Positions 1-9,704 of a stretch of DNA of 41,085 nucleotides are shown in pieces. The position numbers and the translations under genes were made by a program. Under the pieces are notes generated by a model. It saw nothing but the letters and a program-made list of their open reading frames with translations. It made no database searches and had not been told where the DNA came from. The first letter of the stretch is position 1. Each line of letters starts with the position of its first letter. This DNA comes from Candidatus Aenigmatarchaeota archaeon (GTDB taxonomy: Archaea > Aenigmatarchaeota > Aenigmatarchaeia > CG10238-14 > SCSR01): positions 1-41,085 of the forward strand of contig JAWADS010000004.1 of NCBI GenBank assembly GCA_038998625.1. Direction: 5' to 3'.

Positions 1-498
1 AAAGAGCTAAGAGCTTTACTTCAAAGATATGGTTTTAGAAACGACGGAAGGGAAGTTATGTATGATGGTAGAACTGGTAAGAGGTTTGAAGCGCAAATCT
101 TTATAGGTAGTTGCTTTTACCAAAAGTTAGATCATTTAGTTTCAAACAAATTACATGCTAGGTCCAGAGGACCAGTAACCTTGTTAACAAAGCAACCAAC
201 AGAAGGAAGAAGTAAAGAAGGCGGATTAAGATTAGGTGAAATGGAAAAGGATTGTCTAATAGCCCATGGCGCGGCCTTGCTTTTAAAGGAAAGATTCGAT
301 TCTGATAAAACTATCGTGCCTATTTGCACAGAATGTGGAATGGTGGCCATTTATGACCACATAAAGAAAAGAAAAATTTGTCCAATAGATGGAGAATCAA
401 AAATTGTTGATGTGGAAATGAGTTATGCCTTTAAACTTATGTTAGACGAGCTTAAGAACATGCTCATATATCCAAAGATTGTAGTGAAGGAGAGTTGA
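1..498 (+). CDS. rpoB: RNA polymerase subunit Rpo2 (B/B'), C-terminal part (truncated by window)
   Basis: Frame open from base 1; motifs [31 protein letters not shown], Zn ribbon CTEC..CP, SYAFKL. Confidence 0.98.
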   Translation, partial: KELRALLQRYGFRNDGREVMYDGRTGKRFEAQIFIGSCFYQKLDHLVSNKLHARSRGPVTLLTKQPTEGRSKEGGLRLGEMEKDCLIAHGAALLLKERFDSDKTIVPICTECGMVAIYDHIKKRKICPIDGESKIVDVEMSYAFKLMLDELKNMLIYPKIVVKES

Positions 499-499
499 T

Positions 500-2989
500 A
501 TGTTAGTGGAAAGAATCGAATTTGGAGTGTTAAGCCCTGAATTAATTAAGAAAATGGCTGTAGCTAAAATTACAAAAACTGAATTGTATGATCAAGAAGG
601 TTATCCCATAGAAGGTGGGCTCATGGACCCAAGACTTGGAGTAGTGGACCCAGGAGTGAGATGCAGAACATGTGGAGGCTCTGTTGGCGAGTGTTTAGGA
701 CATTTCGGATATCTAGAATTAACGAGACCTGTTATTCATGTTCATTATGCTAAAATCATATTCGCCCTTCTTAAGATCTTTTGTAGAAAATGTAGCAGAA
801 TTTTGATTGAAGAAAAGAATTTAAAAGATATAAGAGGGAAAAAGGCGAGCTTTAAAGAAATTGTAAAATATGTAAAGAAAAAATGTCCTCATTGTAAAAC
901 AGAGCAAAAGAAACTAAAATTCATCAAGCCTTATACAATTGTAGAAGATGGTGATGTTTTAAACCCAGTAAAAATTAGAGAGAGATTAGAAAAAATCACA
1001 AATGATGATTTGGATTTAATTGGTTTGAGTGTTAGGCCGGAATGGTTCGTATTAACTTTATTACCTATTCCTCCTGTAAGTGTTAGACCTTCCATAACTT
1101 TAGAAACAGGTGAGAGGTCTGAAGATGATTTAACGCATAAACTAGTTGATATAGTTAGAATTAATGATAGGTTGCGGGAAAACATCGAATTGGGGGCTCC
1201 TGATTTTATAATCGAAGATTTATGGGAACTTTTACAATATCATGTATCAACATATTTCGATAACGAAATTTCTGGAGTCCCTCCAGCAAGGCATAGATCA
1301 GGAAGGATATTAAAAACTTTATCTCAAAGGCTTAAAACAAAGGAAGGAAGATTTAGAGGAAATTTAGCTGGTAAGAGGGTTAACTTCTCTGCTAGAACGG
1401 TCATAAGCCCTGATCCGATGATAGATATAGACGAAGTAGGAGTTCCGGAAATAGTAGCAAAGGAATTAACAATACCAGTAAGGGTTAATGAAGAGAATAG
1501 GGAAGAAATAATCAAATATGTTTTAAATGGTCCGAACAATTGGCCCGGAGCTAACTATGTAATCAGACCTGATGGTAGAAGAAAGAAAATTACTGATGAA
1601 AATAAAGAGGAAATAGCAAAAGAAATTGCACCAGGCTACATTGTAGAAAGGCATATTAAAGATGGCGACATTGCCATTTTTAATAGACAACCAAGCTTAC
1701 ATAGAATGAGTATAATGGCACATCGAGTGAGAGTAATGCCTTTCAAAACCTTTAGACTCAATCTCGCTACTACCACACCATATAATGCTGATTTCGATGG
1801 AGATGAAATGAATTTGCATATACCACAAAACGAAGAAGCGCAAGTAGAAGCTGAGACGCTTTTAATGGTTCCTAAACATATGAGAAGCCCTAGGTTTTCG
1901 GGCTTAATTATCGGAGCAGTGAAAGATCATATAACTGGCTTATATCTTTTAACAAAATATGAGAGAAAATTTAGAAGGGAAGAAGTAGTTCAGCTAGTAA
2001 AATCGGTTGACCCTGAAATAGAAATTCCTGATAAAGAATATATGACAGGAAAGGAAATCTTCAGTCTATTTTTGCCAAAAGATATATCAATAGAATTTAA
2101 ATCAAAGTCCGGAGAAAAAGTTGTAATTGAAAAAGGAAAGTTGTTAGAAGGTGTTGTAGATAAAGCAGCTGTAGGGGCTGAAGCTGGAAAACTCCTAGAC
2201 AAAATAGAAAAAGAGCATGGTAGTGAATTAGCAAAGAAATTCCTTTATAACATAACAAGACTCGCAATTAATTATTTGATGTATAATGGATTTTCCGTAA
2301 GCATATCCGACCAAGATCTTTCAAAAGAAGCAAGAGAAGAAATAAAAAATGTTATAGAAAAAGTTAGAAGAGAAGTGAATAAGCTAATAGAACAATACGA
2401 AAGAGGGGAAATAAAGATTTTGGTGGGTAGAACTAAGAAAGAGAGCCTAGAACACGCAATAAAAATTGTTGTCAGAAATGCTTTAAATGAAGCGGGAAAA
2501 ATTATTGAAAAATATATGAAAGAAAATCCGACCTTATTCATGGCTAAAAGCGGTGCGAGGGGTGATTTGGTTAATTTAGTCCAAACGGCTGCTATGGTAG
2601 GGCAAGAGATGATAATGGGAGAAAGAATGGAAAGAGGATATTATGGAAGAGTTTTTACTCACTTTAAGAAGGGAGATATGAGCTTAGAGGCAAAGGGTTT
2701 TGTGAGTAGAGGATTTAAAGACGGTTTAACTCCTTTTGAATTTTTCTTTGACGCCATCAATAGTAGGGAATCCCTTATGGACAAATCATTAAAAACAAGG
2801 CATTCTGGTTATATGGAAAGAAGATTGGTTGGTGCGCTACAAGATTTGAAATTAGAATATGATGGAACTGTTAGAGATAGTGCTAAAAGAATTATACAAT
2901 TCTTGCCCGGAGAGGATGGTTTAGATCCATCGAAAATAGAAAGGGTGGGTATAGATGTCAGAAGTATTGCAGAAAAATTATTCGGTTGA
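500..2989 (+). CDS. rpoA1: RNA polymerase subunit Rpo1N (A')
   Basis: Catalytic YNADFDGDEMN; KEGRFRGNLAGKRVNFSAR; CxxC..CxGH Zn site. Confidence 0.99.
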   Translation: MLVERIEFGVLSPELIKKMAVAKITKTELYDQEGYPIEGGLMDPRLGVVDPGVRCRTCGGSVGECLGHFGYLELTRPVIHVHYAKIIFALLKIFCRKCSRILIEEKNLKDIRGKKASFKEIVKYVKKKCPHCKTEQKKLKFIKPYTIVEDGDVLNPVKIRERLEKITNDDLDLIGLSVRPEWFVLTLLPIPPVSVRPSITLETGERSEDDLTHKLVDIVRINDRLRENIELGAPDFIIEDLWELLQYHVSTYFDNEISGVPPARHRSGRILKTLSQRLKTKEGRFRGNLAGKRVNFSARTVISPDPMIDIDEVGVPEIVAKELTIPVRVNEENREEIIKYVLNGPNNWPGANYVIRPDGRRKKITDENKEEIAKEIAPGYIVERHIKDGDIAIFNRQPSLHRMSIMAHRVRVMPFKTFRLNLATTTPYNADFDGDEMNLHIPQNEEAQVEAETLLMVPKHMRSPRFSGLIIGAVKDHITGLYLLTKYERKFRREEVVQLVKSVDPEIEIPDKEYMTGKEIFSLFLPKDISIEFKSKSGEKVVIEKGKLLEGVVDKAAVGAEAGKLLDKIEKEHGSELAKKFLYNITRLAINYLMYNGFSVSISDQDLSKEAREEIKNVIEKVRREVNKLIEQYERGEIKILVGRTKKESLEHAIKIVVRNALNEAGKIIEKYMKENPTLFMAKSGARGDLVNLVQTAAMVGQEMIMGERMERGYYGRVFTHFKKGDMSLEAKGFVSRGFKDGLTPFEFFFDAINSRESLMDKSLKTRHSGYMERRLVGALQDLKLEYDGTVRDSAKRIIQFLPGEDGLDPSKIERVGIDVRSIAEKLFG

Positions 2990-4076
2990 GCTACCAAAAT
3001 CTATACAAAAAGAAATAGAAAATGTGGCAAAAGAGATGAAGTTAAGAAAAGATCAGATCAAAATCTTAGAAGATGAAGTAAAGAAAAGGTATTTATCCTA
3101 TAAGGCCGAACCTGGAGAAGCAATCGGCATTGTCGCGGCTCAAAGCATTTCAGAACCAGCTACTCAAATGACAATGCGTACTTATCATTTTGCTGGTGCT
3201 GCAGGTATAAAAGTTACATATGGCTTGCCAAGATTAATTGAACTTTTTGATGCTAAACGTGTCCCTGAGACGCCTATGATGACTATTTTCCTTAAAAAAG
3301 AATTTAATAATGAAAATGACGCGAAAAAAATTGCTGAAGAGATAGTAGAAAAAAGAATTGTTGATGTAATGAAAAGGATTTCGATAAACTTAAGTGAAAA
3401 TTCCATTGAATTGGAATTGGCAGATAAGAAAAGAATGGGAACCGTTATAAGAGTTATAAAAGAAAAGTATAAAAATATAAAAGTTAGAGAAAAAGGAGAT
3501 TTAATTATTTTTAGTTTTTCTGAAGAAGTAGATATTAAAGAATTGAAAAAGATGAAGGAGAAAATTGTTCAAACCATAATTGGTGGAATTGAAGGCATTT
3601 CTAACGCTGTTGTAAGGAAAGAAGGTGAAAATTGGATTATAAATTCTATAGGAACAAATTTAAGCAAAATTCTATTAATGAAAGAAGTAGATTCAAAGAA
3701 AACTTATACCAACGATATTCATGAAATTGCTAGAACTTTAGGAATTGAAGCAGCGAGAAATGCAATAATCAATGAAGCATTAAAAACTATGCAAGAGCAA
3801 GGTTTAGATGTAGATATAAGGCATGTAATGCTGGTAGCGGATATGATGACCTTTACTGGAGAAGTTAGCCCTATAGGTAGATATGGTGTGGCCGGAGCTA
3901 AAACATCTATATTTGCAAGGGCTGCCTTTGAAGAAACCATTAAGCATTTAGTAAGGGCATCTATCAAAAAGGAATCAGATAATTTCCAGGGTATATTTGA
4001 AAATGTTATGATAGGACAAGTTATTCCAAGCGGTACAGGAATGTTTGAACTAGTAGCAAAACTAGAAGAGGAATGA
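2955..4076 (+). CDS. rpoA2: RNA polymerase subunit Rpo1C (A'')
   Basis: PGEAIGIVAAQSISEPATQMTMRTYH trigger loop, LGIEAAR, RAAFEET; exact start uncertain (35-nt overlap with rpoA1). Confidence 0.97.
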   Translation: MSEVLQKNYSVELPKSIQKEIENVAKEMKLRKDQIKILEDEVKKRYLSYKAEPGEAIGIVAAQSISEPATQMTMRTYHFAGAAGIKVTYGLPRLIELFDAKRVPETPMMTIFLKKEFNNENDAKKIAEEIVEKRIVDVMKRISINLSENSIELELADKKRMGTVIRVIKEKYKNIKVREKGDLIIFSFSEEVDIKELKKMKEKIVQTIIGGIEGISNAVVRKEGENWIINSIGTNLSKILLMKEVDSKKTYTNDIHEIARTLGIEAARNAIINEALKTMQEQGLDVDIRHVMLVADMMTFTGEVSPIGRYGVAGAKTSIFARAAFEETIKHLVRASIKKESDNFQGIFENVMIGQVIPSGTGMFELVAKLEEE

Positions 4077-4077
4077 A

Positions 4078-4338
4078 ATGCTCGAAGAATTAATAAAAGA
4101 TTCTATAAAAAGTAAAAAAGTAATTTTCGGTTATAGAAATTCTTTAAAATTTGTAAAAATGAATGCGCCGAAGTTAATAGTGATTGCTAAGAATATTCCA
4201 GACGGAATTAAAAAAAGCATAGAACAACATGCAAAAATTCATAAGACTAAAATTGAAGTATTTAATGGAAATAGCAAAGAGCTGGGAGCTTTGTGTGGAA
4301 AGCCATTTTCAATTTCAATAATTGTTATTAAAGAGTAA
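4078..4338 (+). CDS. rpl30e: 50S ribosomal protein eL30
   Basis: ELGALCGKPF motif; conserved position after rpoA2. Confidence 0.93.
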   Translation: MLEELIKDSIKSKKVIFGYRNSLKFVKMNAPKLIVIAKNIPDGIKKSIEQHAKIHKTKIEVFNGNSKELGALCGKPFSISIIVIKE

Positions 4339-4347
4339 GGGGACATA

Positions 4348-4770
4348 ATGGAAATAAGTTTTAATACGGAAACCATAAGAATGATTAATTTTTTTGAAAA
4401 TATAACAGGGGTGAAAATAAAAGATTGTATTATCGAGAATGAAACTAATACTGTTTATTTTGTCGTAGAGGAAGGAAAAATCAGATTAGTCATTGGAAAA
4501 AATGGTAGAATAATAAAGAATTTAGAGGAGAAAATAAAAAAGAAAATAAAAGTTTTTGAATTCTCTAAAGATCTGCCGACATTTATTAAGAAACTAATAC
4601 CACAAGCAAAAGAAGTAAGAATTAAGAATGAAAACAACAATATTGTTGTAGAAATAGAAGTTAACAAAAAAGATAGGGCAATAGTTATTGGTAGAGATAA
4701 AAGAAATTTAAAGATTTACAAAACATTTTTAAACAGATTCTATAACGTTACTGATTTAATAGTTAAGTGA
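4348..4770 (+). CDS. nusA: Archaeal NusA (KH domains)
   Basis: VIGKNG and VIGRDKRN KH loops; conserved synteny. Confidence 0.93.
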   Translation: MEISFNTETIRMINFFENITGVKIKDCIIENETNTVYFVVEEGKIRLVIGKNGRIIKNLEEKIKKKIKVFEFSKDLPTFIKKLIPQAKEVRIKNENNNIVVEIEVNKKDRAIVIGRDKRNLKIYKTFLNRFYNVTDLIVK

Positions 4771-4783
4771 AAGGTAGATAAGA

Positions 4784-5203
4784 ATGGGAGAATTTGGTGC
4801 AAGAAAATTAAAACAAAAAAGGAAAAAGCTTAGATGGAAGAAGGTTCAATTTAAAAGAAGGGTGCTCAAACTTTGGAAAAAGGATCCGCTAGAAGGCGCA
4901 CCAATGGCTCGGGGAATAGTTATAGATAAAAGAGTTGTCGAACAAAGAAAGCCCGCATCAGGATTATTAAAATGCGTAAGAGTTCAATTGTTAAAGAACA
5001 ATATACAAGTAACAGCTCATGTACCAGGAGAAGGAGCAATAGATCATATCAATGAGCATGATGAAGTAATTGTAGAACCTGTAGGGGGAGCCCAAGGTGG
5101 ACCAAAGGGAAGCATGGTTGGTGTAAAATATAAAGTTATTGCTGTGAATGGCGTGGCTTTAAAAGAAATTTTATTAGGTAAAAAACAAAAGCCAGCAAGA
5201 TGA
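4784..5203 (+). CDS. rps12: 30S ribosomal protein uS12 (divergent)
   Basis: [25 protein letters not shown]; synteny. Confidence 0.95.
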   Translation: MGEFGARKLKQKRKKLRWKKVQFKRRVLKLWKKDPLEGAPMARGIVIDKRVVEQRKPASGLLKCVRVQLLKNNIQVTAHVPGEGAIDHINEHDEVIVEPVGGAQGGPKGSMVGVKYKVIAVNGVALKEILLGKKQKPAR

Positions 5204-5808
5204 GCATGACAGAAATAAAAATTTTTGGAAAATGGCCAACAAATGGTATTGAAGTTTCTGACATAGGATTGAAGAAATACATAAATCTAGAACCAAGGAT
5301 TTTACCAAAAAGTGGAGGTAAATTTTCAAAACAACAATTCTACAAGTCGAAAATGAATATTGTTGAAAGATTAATCACAAAACTCATGGTACCTGGTCAT
5401 AGGGGAGATAAGCATGTAATCTCTTCTGGAAAAATTACGGGAAAGCATACCACAAATTATAAAGTTGTGAAAAAAGCCTTTGAAAAAATTGAAGAAATAA
5501 CCAAAAAAAATCCAATCGAAGTTTTAGTAAAGGCCATAGAAAATGCTGCATTAAGGGAGGAAATTGCATCCTATCAAGTTGGGGGGATTATCGTAAGGCG
5601 TGCGGTAGTGACTTCCCCTCAAAGAAGAGTTGACTTGGCATTAAGAAATATTGTACAAGCTGCTTATAGAAAGGCCTTTGGCAAAAAAACAACTATTGTA
5701 GATGCTTTAGTCGAGGAAATTATCGGAGCCTTCGAGAATAACCAAAGTAAGAGCGAAGCATTAAGAGAAAAATTCAGGATAGAGAAAGAAGCTGAAGGTG
5801 CAAGATAA
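5200..5808 (+). CDS. rps7: 30S ribosomal protein uS7
   Basis: [24 protein letters not shown]. Confidence 0.97.
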   Translation: MSMTEIKIFGKWPTNGIEVSDIGLKKYINLEPRILPKSGGKFSKQQFYKSKMNIVERLITKLMVPGHRGDKHVISSGKITGKHTTNYKVVKKAFEKIEEITKKNPIEVLVKAIENAALREEIASYQVGGIIVRRAVVTSPQRRVDLALRNIVQAAYRKAFGKKTTIVDALVEEIIGAFENNQSKSEALREKFRIEKEAEGAR

Positions 5809-5868
5809 ATTTTTATATTAAAAATTTTAAAAACAAATCCTTATAGCATAAAATAAAAGGTGAAAATT

Positions 5869-8070
5869 TTGGTAAAGAAAGAAATGTTTGAAAGAATTAA
5901 AGAGGTAATGAAAGATCCGAGTAGAATTAGAAATATTGCGACTAGCAGCCATGTTCATCATGGAAAAACAACCCTTACAGATAATTTAGCGGCATTGGCA
6001 GGAATGATTTCAGAGAAAGTTGCTGGTGATGTAGAGTCTGGAATGCTTACTTGGTTTGATGAGCAAGAGAGAAAAAGACAACTAACCATTTATGGAGCAA
6101 ATGTAAGCATGGTTCATGAATATGAAGGTAAAGATTATTTGATAAATTTAGTGGATACTCCTGGTCATGTAGATTTTGGGGGCGACGTAACAAGAGCTAT
6201 GAGGGCTGTAGATGGTACTATTGTTTTGATTGATGCAGTAGAGGGGATAATGCCACAAACTGAAACTGTTTTTCGTCAGGCTTTAAGGGAATATGTCAAG
6301 CCTGTATTATTCATTAATAAGACTGATAGATTAATAAGAGAATTAAAGTTAACCCCACAACAAATGCAAGAAAGATTTGAGACCTTAATTAAAGAGGTAA
6401 ATGAATTAATTCAAAAGTATGCGCCGCCTGAATTTAAAAATAAGTGGTTGGTTAGCGTAATGGATGGGACAGTTGCCTTTGGTTCTGCATTTCGTAAATG
6501 GGCTATATCCATTCCTTTTATGCAAAAAACTGGAATAACTTTCAAGGATATAATAAATTTAACTCTAGAAGGAAGGGAAGAGGAGTTGGCTAAAAAAGCT
6601 CCACTCCATCAAGTGGTTTTGGATATGATTATAAAACATTTGCCCAGCCCTATGGAAGCGCAAAAGTATAGATTGCCAAAAATTTGGAAAGGTGATTTAA
6701 ATTCTGAAATTGGAAGACAAATGTTAGCCGTAGACCCCAACGGTCATTTAGCGGCAATTGTAACAAAAATGGTTCCTGATCCGCATATCGGATTTGCTGC
6801 TACTGCCAGAATATTTTCCGGAAAGATTTATAAAGGTAAGGAAGTTTATTTGGTGGGACAAAGAAAGAAAGAAAAGATTCAAGTGGTTGCTATATACAAA
6901 GGTATAGAAAGGATACCTGTAGAAGAAGTGACTGCAGGTAATATAGCAGCTATTGTTGGAATACCTGATGCCTTTACTGGTGAAACTGTTTGCGATGCTG
7001 ATTATATTATCGACCCTTTTGAGGAGATCAAGCATCTTTATGAGCCAGTTGTCACTAAATCTATAGAACCAAAAAATCCTATGGAATTGCCTAAGTTAGT
7101 AGATATGCTTAAAAAAATTGCTAGGGAAGATGTAACCCTTGTTGTGAAAATAAATCAAGAAACTGGAGAATATCTGGTATCTGGTTTAGGAGAACTACAT
7201 TTAGAAGCAAAAGTTGAAAATAAATTAAAAGAACTAGGAATAGAAGTGGAAATGTCTAAACCAATAGTTGTTTATCGTGAATACATATCGCAACCAGGGC
7301 CTGTTGTAGAAGGCAAGTCTCCAAATAAGCACAACAAGCTTTACATATCTGTGGAGCCATTGGAGGATGGGGTTTATAAAGCTATGTTGGAAGGAGAGAT
7401 TCCTAGTGAAATTGAGCCGAAAACAAAGCACTTAGAATTATTTAAAAAGTTAAGCCAGTATGGTATGAATTACGACGAGGCCAAAAATACCATCCTAATC
7501 CATAATAAAAATATACTTTTAGATCTAACAAAAGGTGTGCAATTTATGAATGAAATTATAGAAATGGTTAAGGATGCATTTGTTGAAATGATGGATGAAG
7601 GACCTTTGGCAAAGGAGCCTTGCACCAAATTAAAAGTTAAAATAATTGATGCGGATTTGCATGAAGATCCAGTGCATCGTGGCCCTGGACAAATAATGCC
7701 TGCTGTGAGATGGTGTATAAGAGAAAGTATGTTAAGATCTGGAATTGTTCTTTTAGAACCAAAACAAATTATAAGGATTGATGTGCCAAGCGAATTAATA
7801 GGAGAAGTTATAAGAGAGGTGGAAAATAGAAGAGGCCAAATTTTGGATATAAGAGAAGAGAGGGGCGCCACAGTTATCACTGCTAAGATGCCTGTAAGTG
7901 ATATGTTTGGTTTTGATGCTGCCTTAAAATCAGCTACCAGTGGGAGAGGTTTCTATAGTTTGATAGAAGTTAGTTTTGAAAAATTGCCTACAGAGCTATT
8001 TGAAAAAACTGTTAAAGAAATAAGGAAAAGAAAAGGTCTTCCTGAGCAGATACCGAAACCTGAAGGATGA
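5869..8070 (+). CDS. fusA: Elongation factor EF-2
   Basis: DTPGHVDF, NKTD, diphthamide loop HEDPVHRGPGQ; likely TTG start at 5869 after GGTGA SD (ORF open from 5860). Confidence 0.98.
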   Translation: MVKKEMFERIKEVMKDPSRIRNIATSSHVHHGKTTLTDNLAALAGMISEKVAGDVESGMLTWFDEQERKRQLTIYGANVSMVHEYEGKDYLINLVDTPGHVDFGGDVTRAMRAVDGTIVLIDAVEGIMPQTETVFRQALREYVKPVLFINKTDRLIRELKLTPQQMQERFETLIKEVNELIQKYAPPEFKNKWLVSVMDGTVAFGSAFRKWAISIPFMQKTGITFKDIINLTLEGREEELAKKAPLHQVVLDMIIKHLPSPMEAQKYRLPKIWKGDLNSEIGRQMLAVDPNGHLAAIVTKMVPDPHIGFAATARIFSGKIYKGKEVYLVGQRKKEKIQVVAIYKGIERIPVEEVTAGNIAAIVGIPDAFTGETVCDADYIIDPFEEIKHLYEPVVTKSIEPKNPMELPKLVDMLKKIAREDVTLVVKINQETGEYLVSGLGELHLEAKVENKLKELGIEVEMSKPIVVYREYISQPGPVVEGKSPNKHNKLYISVEPLEDGVYKAMLEGEIPSEIEPKTKHLELFKKLSQYGMNYDEAKNTILIHNKNILLDLTKGVQFMNEIIEMVKDAFVEMMDEGPLAKEPCTKLKVKIIDADLHEDPVHRGPGQIMPAVRWCIRESMLRSGIVLLEPKQIIRIDVPSELIGEVIREVENRRGQILDIREERGATVITAKMPVSDMFGFDAALKSATSGRGFYSLIEVSFEKLPTELFEKTVKEIRKRKGLPEQIPKPEG

Positions 8071-8086
8071 TAATAATATTGAATAG

Positions 8087-8103
8087 AACCACCTATAGTG
8101 GTT
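8087..8103. promoter_or_regulatory. Inverted repeat AACCAC-N5-GTGGTT upstream of the TrmB gene; candidate operator
   Basis: Perfect 6-bp arms with 5-bp spacer, 37 bp before the TrmB ATG. Confidence 0.35.
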
Positions 8104-8140
8104 AATAAACTAAATAAAGCCCTAAATTTAATTTAAAAAT

Positions 8141-8941
8141 ATGAAAGATAGTGAAATAATTGAATTTCTTCGTTCTTTGGGTCTAAGTGATTATGAGTCG
8201 CGGGTGTATTATGCTTTAATTTCTTCGGGTCCTTCTAAAGCCCTGAATCTTAGCGCTAGCACTGGCGTTCCTCAGTCGAAAATTTATGCAACTTTAGAGT
8301 CATTAATAGAAAAAAATTTAGTCGAAGTTTCTACCGGAAGACCAAAAAAGTATAAGGCCATTACACCCTCAATTGGATTCAAAAATTTATTAAAGTTTAA
8401 GGAAGAAGAAATGGAAAGAATTAAAACCAAATTAAATGAGATTGAAAAGATTCTGCTAGAATTGCCTAAAAAATCTTCGGATATTATTAGTGGTATATGG
8501 AGTATGAAAACCAATAAATGGATGGAATTTTTTGATAGAGTTGCTGAAATGCTAAATAGAAGCAAAAATTATGTTTATGCTATTACGCGAGATTATTCAC
8601 AAACATCAAGTCTTATGAAAGCTGCGCGCGTAGCAGTAAAGAGAGGAGTAAAAATTAGAGTAATTGGGATGGAACCACCAAAGGAAGATAACTTAATTAA
8701 AATTAAAATATACCATAAAAATGGTGTCGAACTAAAATATTTAACAAACCCCGTGTTGTATCATCCAAGAATTGTAGTTGTAGATGGAAAGGAAGCAATA
8801 ATTAGATTGGACAACGACTTTTCAAAAAAAGAAGGTTTTGCATTTAATGCAATTTGGACACAAGATCCAGCCATGGTATTGGTTCTTGATAATTATCTAA
8901 AATCTTTATGGGAGAAATCCGAAGCCATAAAACTGAATTAA
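8141..8941 (+). CDS. TrmB-family transcription regulator (wHTH + PLD-like effector domain)
   Basis: LGLSDYESRVY..L, GVPQSKIYATLESLIEKNLV..GRPKKY; C-terminal HPRIVVVD. Confidence 0.9.
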   Translation: MKDSEIIEFLRSLGLSDYESRVYYALISSGPSKALNLSASTGVPQSKIYATLESLIEKNLVEVSTGRPKKYKAITPSIGFKNLLKFKEEEMERIKTKLNEIEKILLELPKKSSDIISGIWSMKTNKWMEFFDRVAEMLNRSKNYVYAITRDYSQTSSLMKAARVAVKRGVKIRVIGMEPPKEDNLIKIKIYHKNGVELKYLTNPVLYHPRIVVVDGKEAIIRLDNDFSKKEGFAFNAIWTQDPAMVLVLDNYLKSLWEKSEAIKLN

Positions 8942-9228
8942 GCTTTAGTGATTTCTTCTAACTTTTTCTTTTTGGCAAAGTATTTAACCAAACCTTCAAA
9001 AGTTACGCCTTCTTTTAACCTTATTAAAACTGGCAAATTGGGCAGATTCATCCCGAGCTCCTGACTAATGGAACGTGTTATTATAAATTCTTGTAGCTCT
9101 TTTAGTGCCCTATGAACGGCCCCTGTGCTTAAATTTAAATTTCTTGCAATGTCGCTTAGATAAGAATTAGGATTTTCTTCTAGGTACTTGGCCACCTTTA
9201 AAATCTTGATCAATTTGTCTTTTCTCAT
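8938..9228 (-). CDS. Small winged-helix/HTH DNA-binding protein
   Basis: YLSDIARNLNLSTGAVHRALKEL HTH pattern. Confidence 0.75.
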   Translation of the reverse strand: MRKDKLIKILKVAKYLEENPNSYLSDIARNLNLSTGAVHRALKELQEFIITRSISQELGMNLPNLPVLIRLKEGVTFEGLVKYFAKKKKLEEITKA

Positions 9229-9477
9229 AAAAATGAAAAGCGTTTTCGCTTATTTAAACCTTTGCATAAAATAACAACAAAAAAACAAAAAGTAACTTTT
9301 TTAAAGAAAATTGTCCTATTTTTTTACTTTTTTAATAAAAATAAACACAATTTTTATTTTACTCCCAAATTAAAAGCGCATTTTGGCTATTTGTAATCAT
9401 TTTCTGAATGAGTATCAACAATATTTTTAATCAACTTTATATTTTTCTAAAACAAAATATATTTTACCGGTGATGAA

Positions 9478-9603
9478 TTGGGTAACATAACACTGTACAT
9501 GAACAAGGTTAATGTCCCATGCAAAAAATGCAATAATCTTGTGAAGGTAGGAATCAACGAGAAACTAACTATTTGCCCTATTTGCAATGCAGAATGGAAA
9601 TAA
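9478..9603 (+). CDS. Small Zn-ribbon protein (41 aa; 34 aa if ATG 9499)
   Basis: Hand-translated ...VPCKKCNNLVKVGINEKLTICPICNAEWK*; GGTGA SD before TTG; below the ORF-track cutoff. Confidence 0.55.
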   Translation: MGNITLYMNKVNVPCKKCNNLVKVGINEKLTICPICNAEWK

Positions 9604-9677
9604 AAGCTCTCTTTTCCTTCTTTTTCTTCTTTAAAGCTTTATTTAGACTTCTTTTTCCAAAATTCCCCTTAAATTAC

Positions 9678-9704
9678 TCAATCAATCATTAATCAATCAT
9701 CAAC
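9678..9704 (+). repeat. Degenerate CAAT/TCAA tandem repeat tract
   Basis: tcaatcaatcattaatcaatcatcaac at the 3' end of ORF 9700-10362. Confidence 0.7.

Noticed and set aside
2955..2989. Programmed frameshift fusing rpoA1 and rpoA2
   Set aside because: Split A'/A'' is normal in archaea, and the ATG at 2955 has a plausible G-rich SD.
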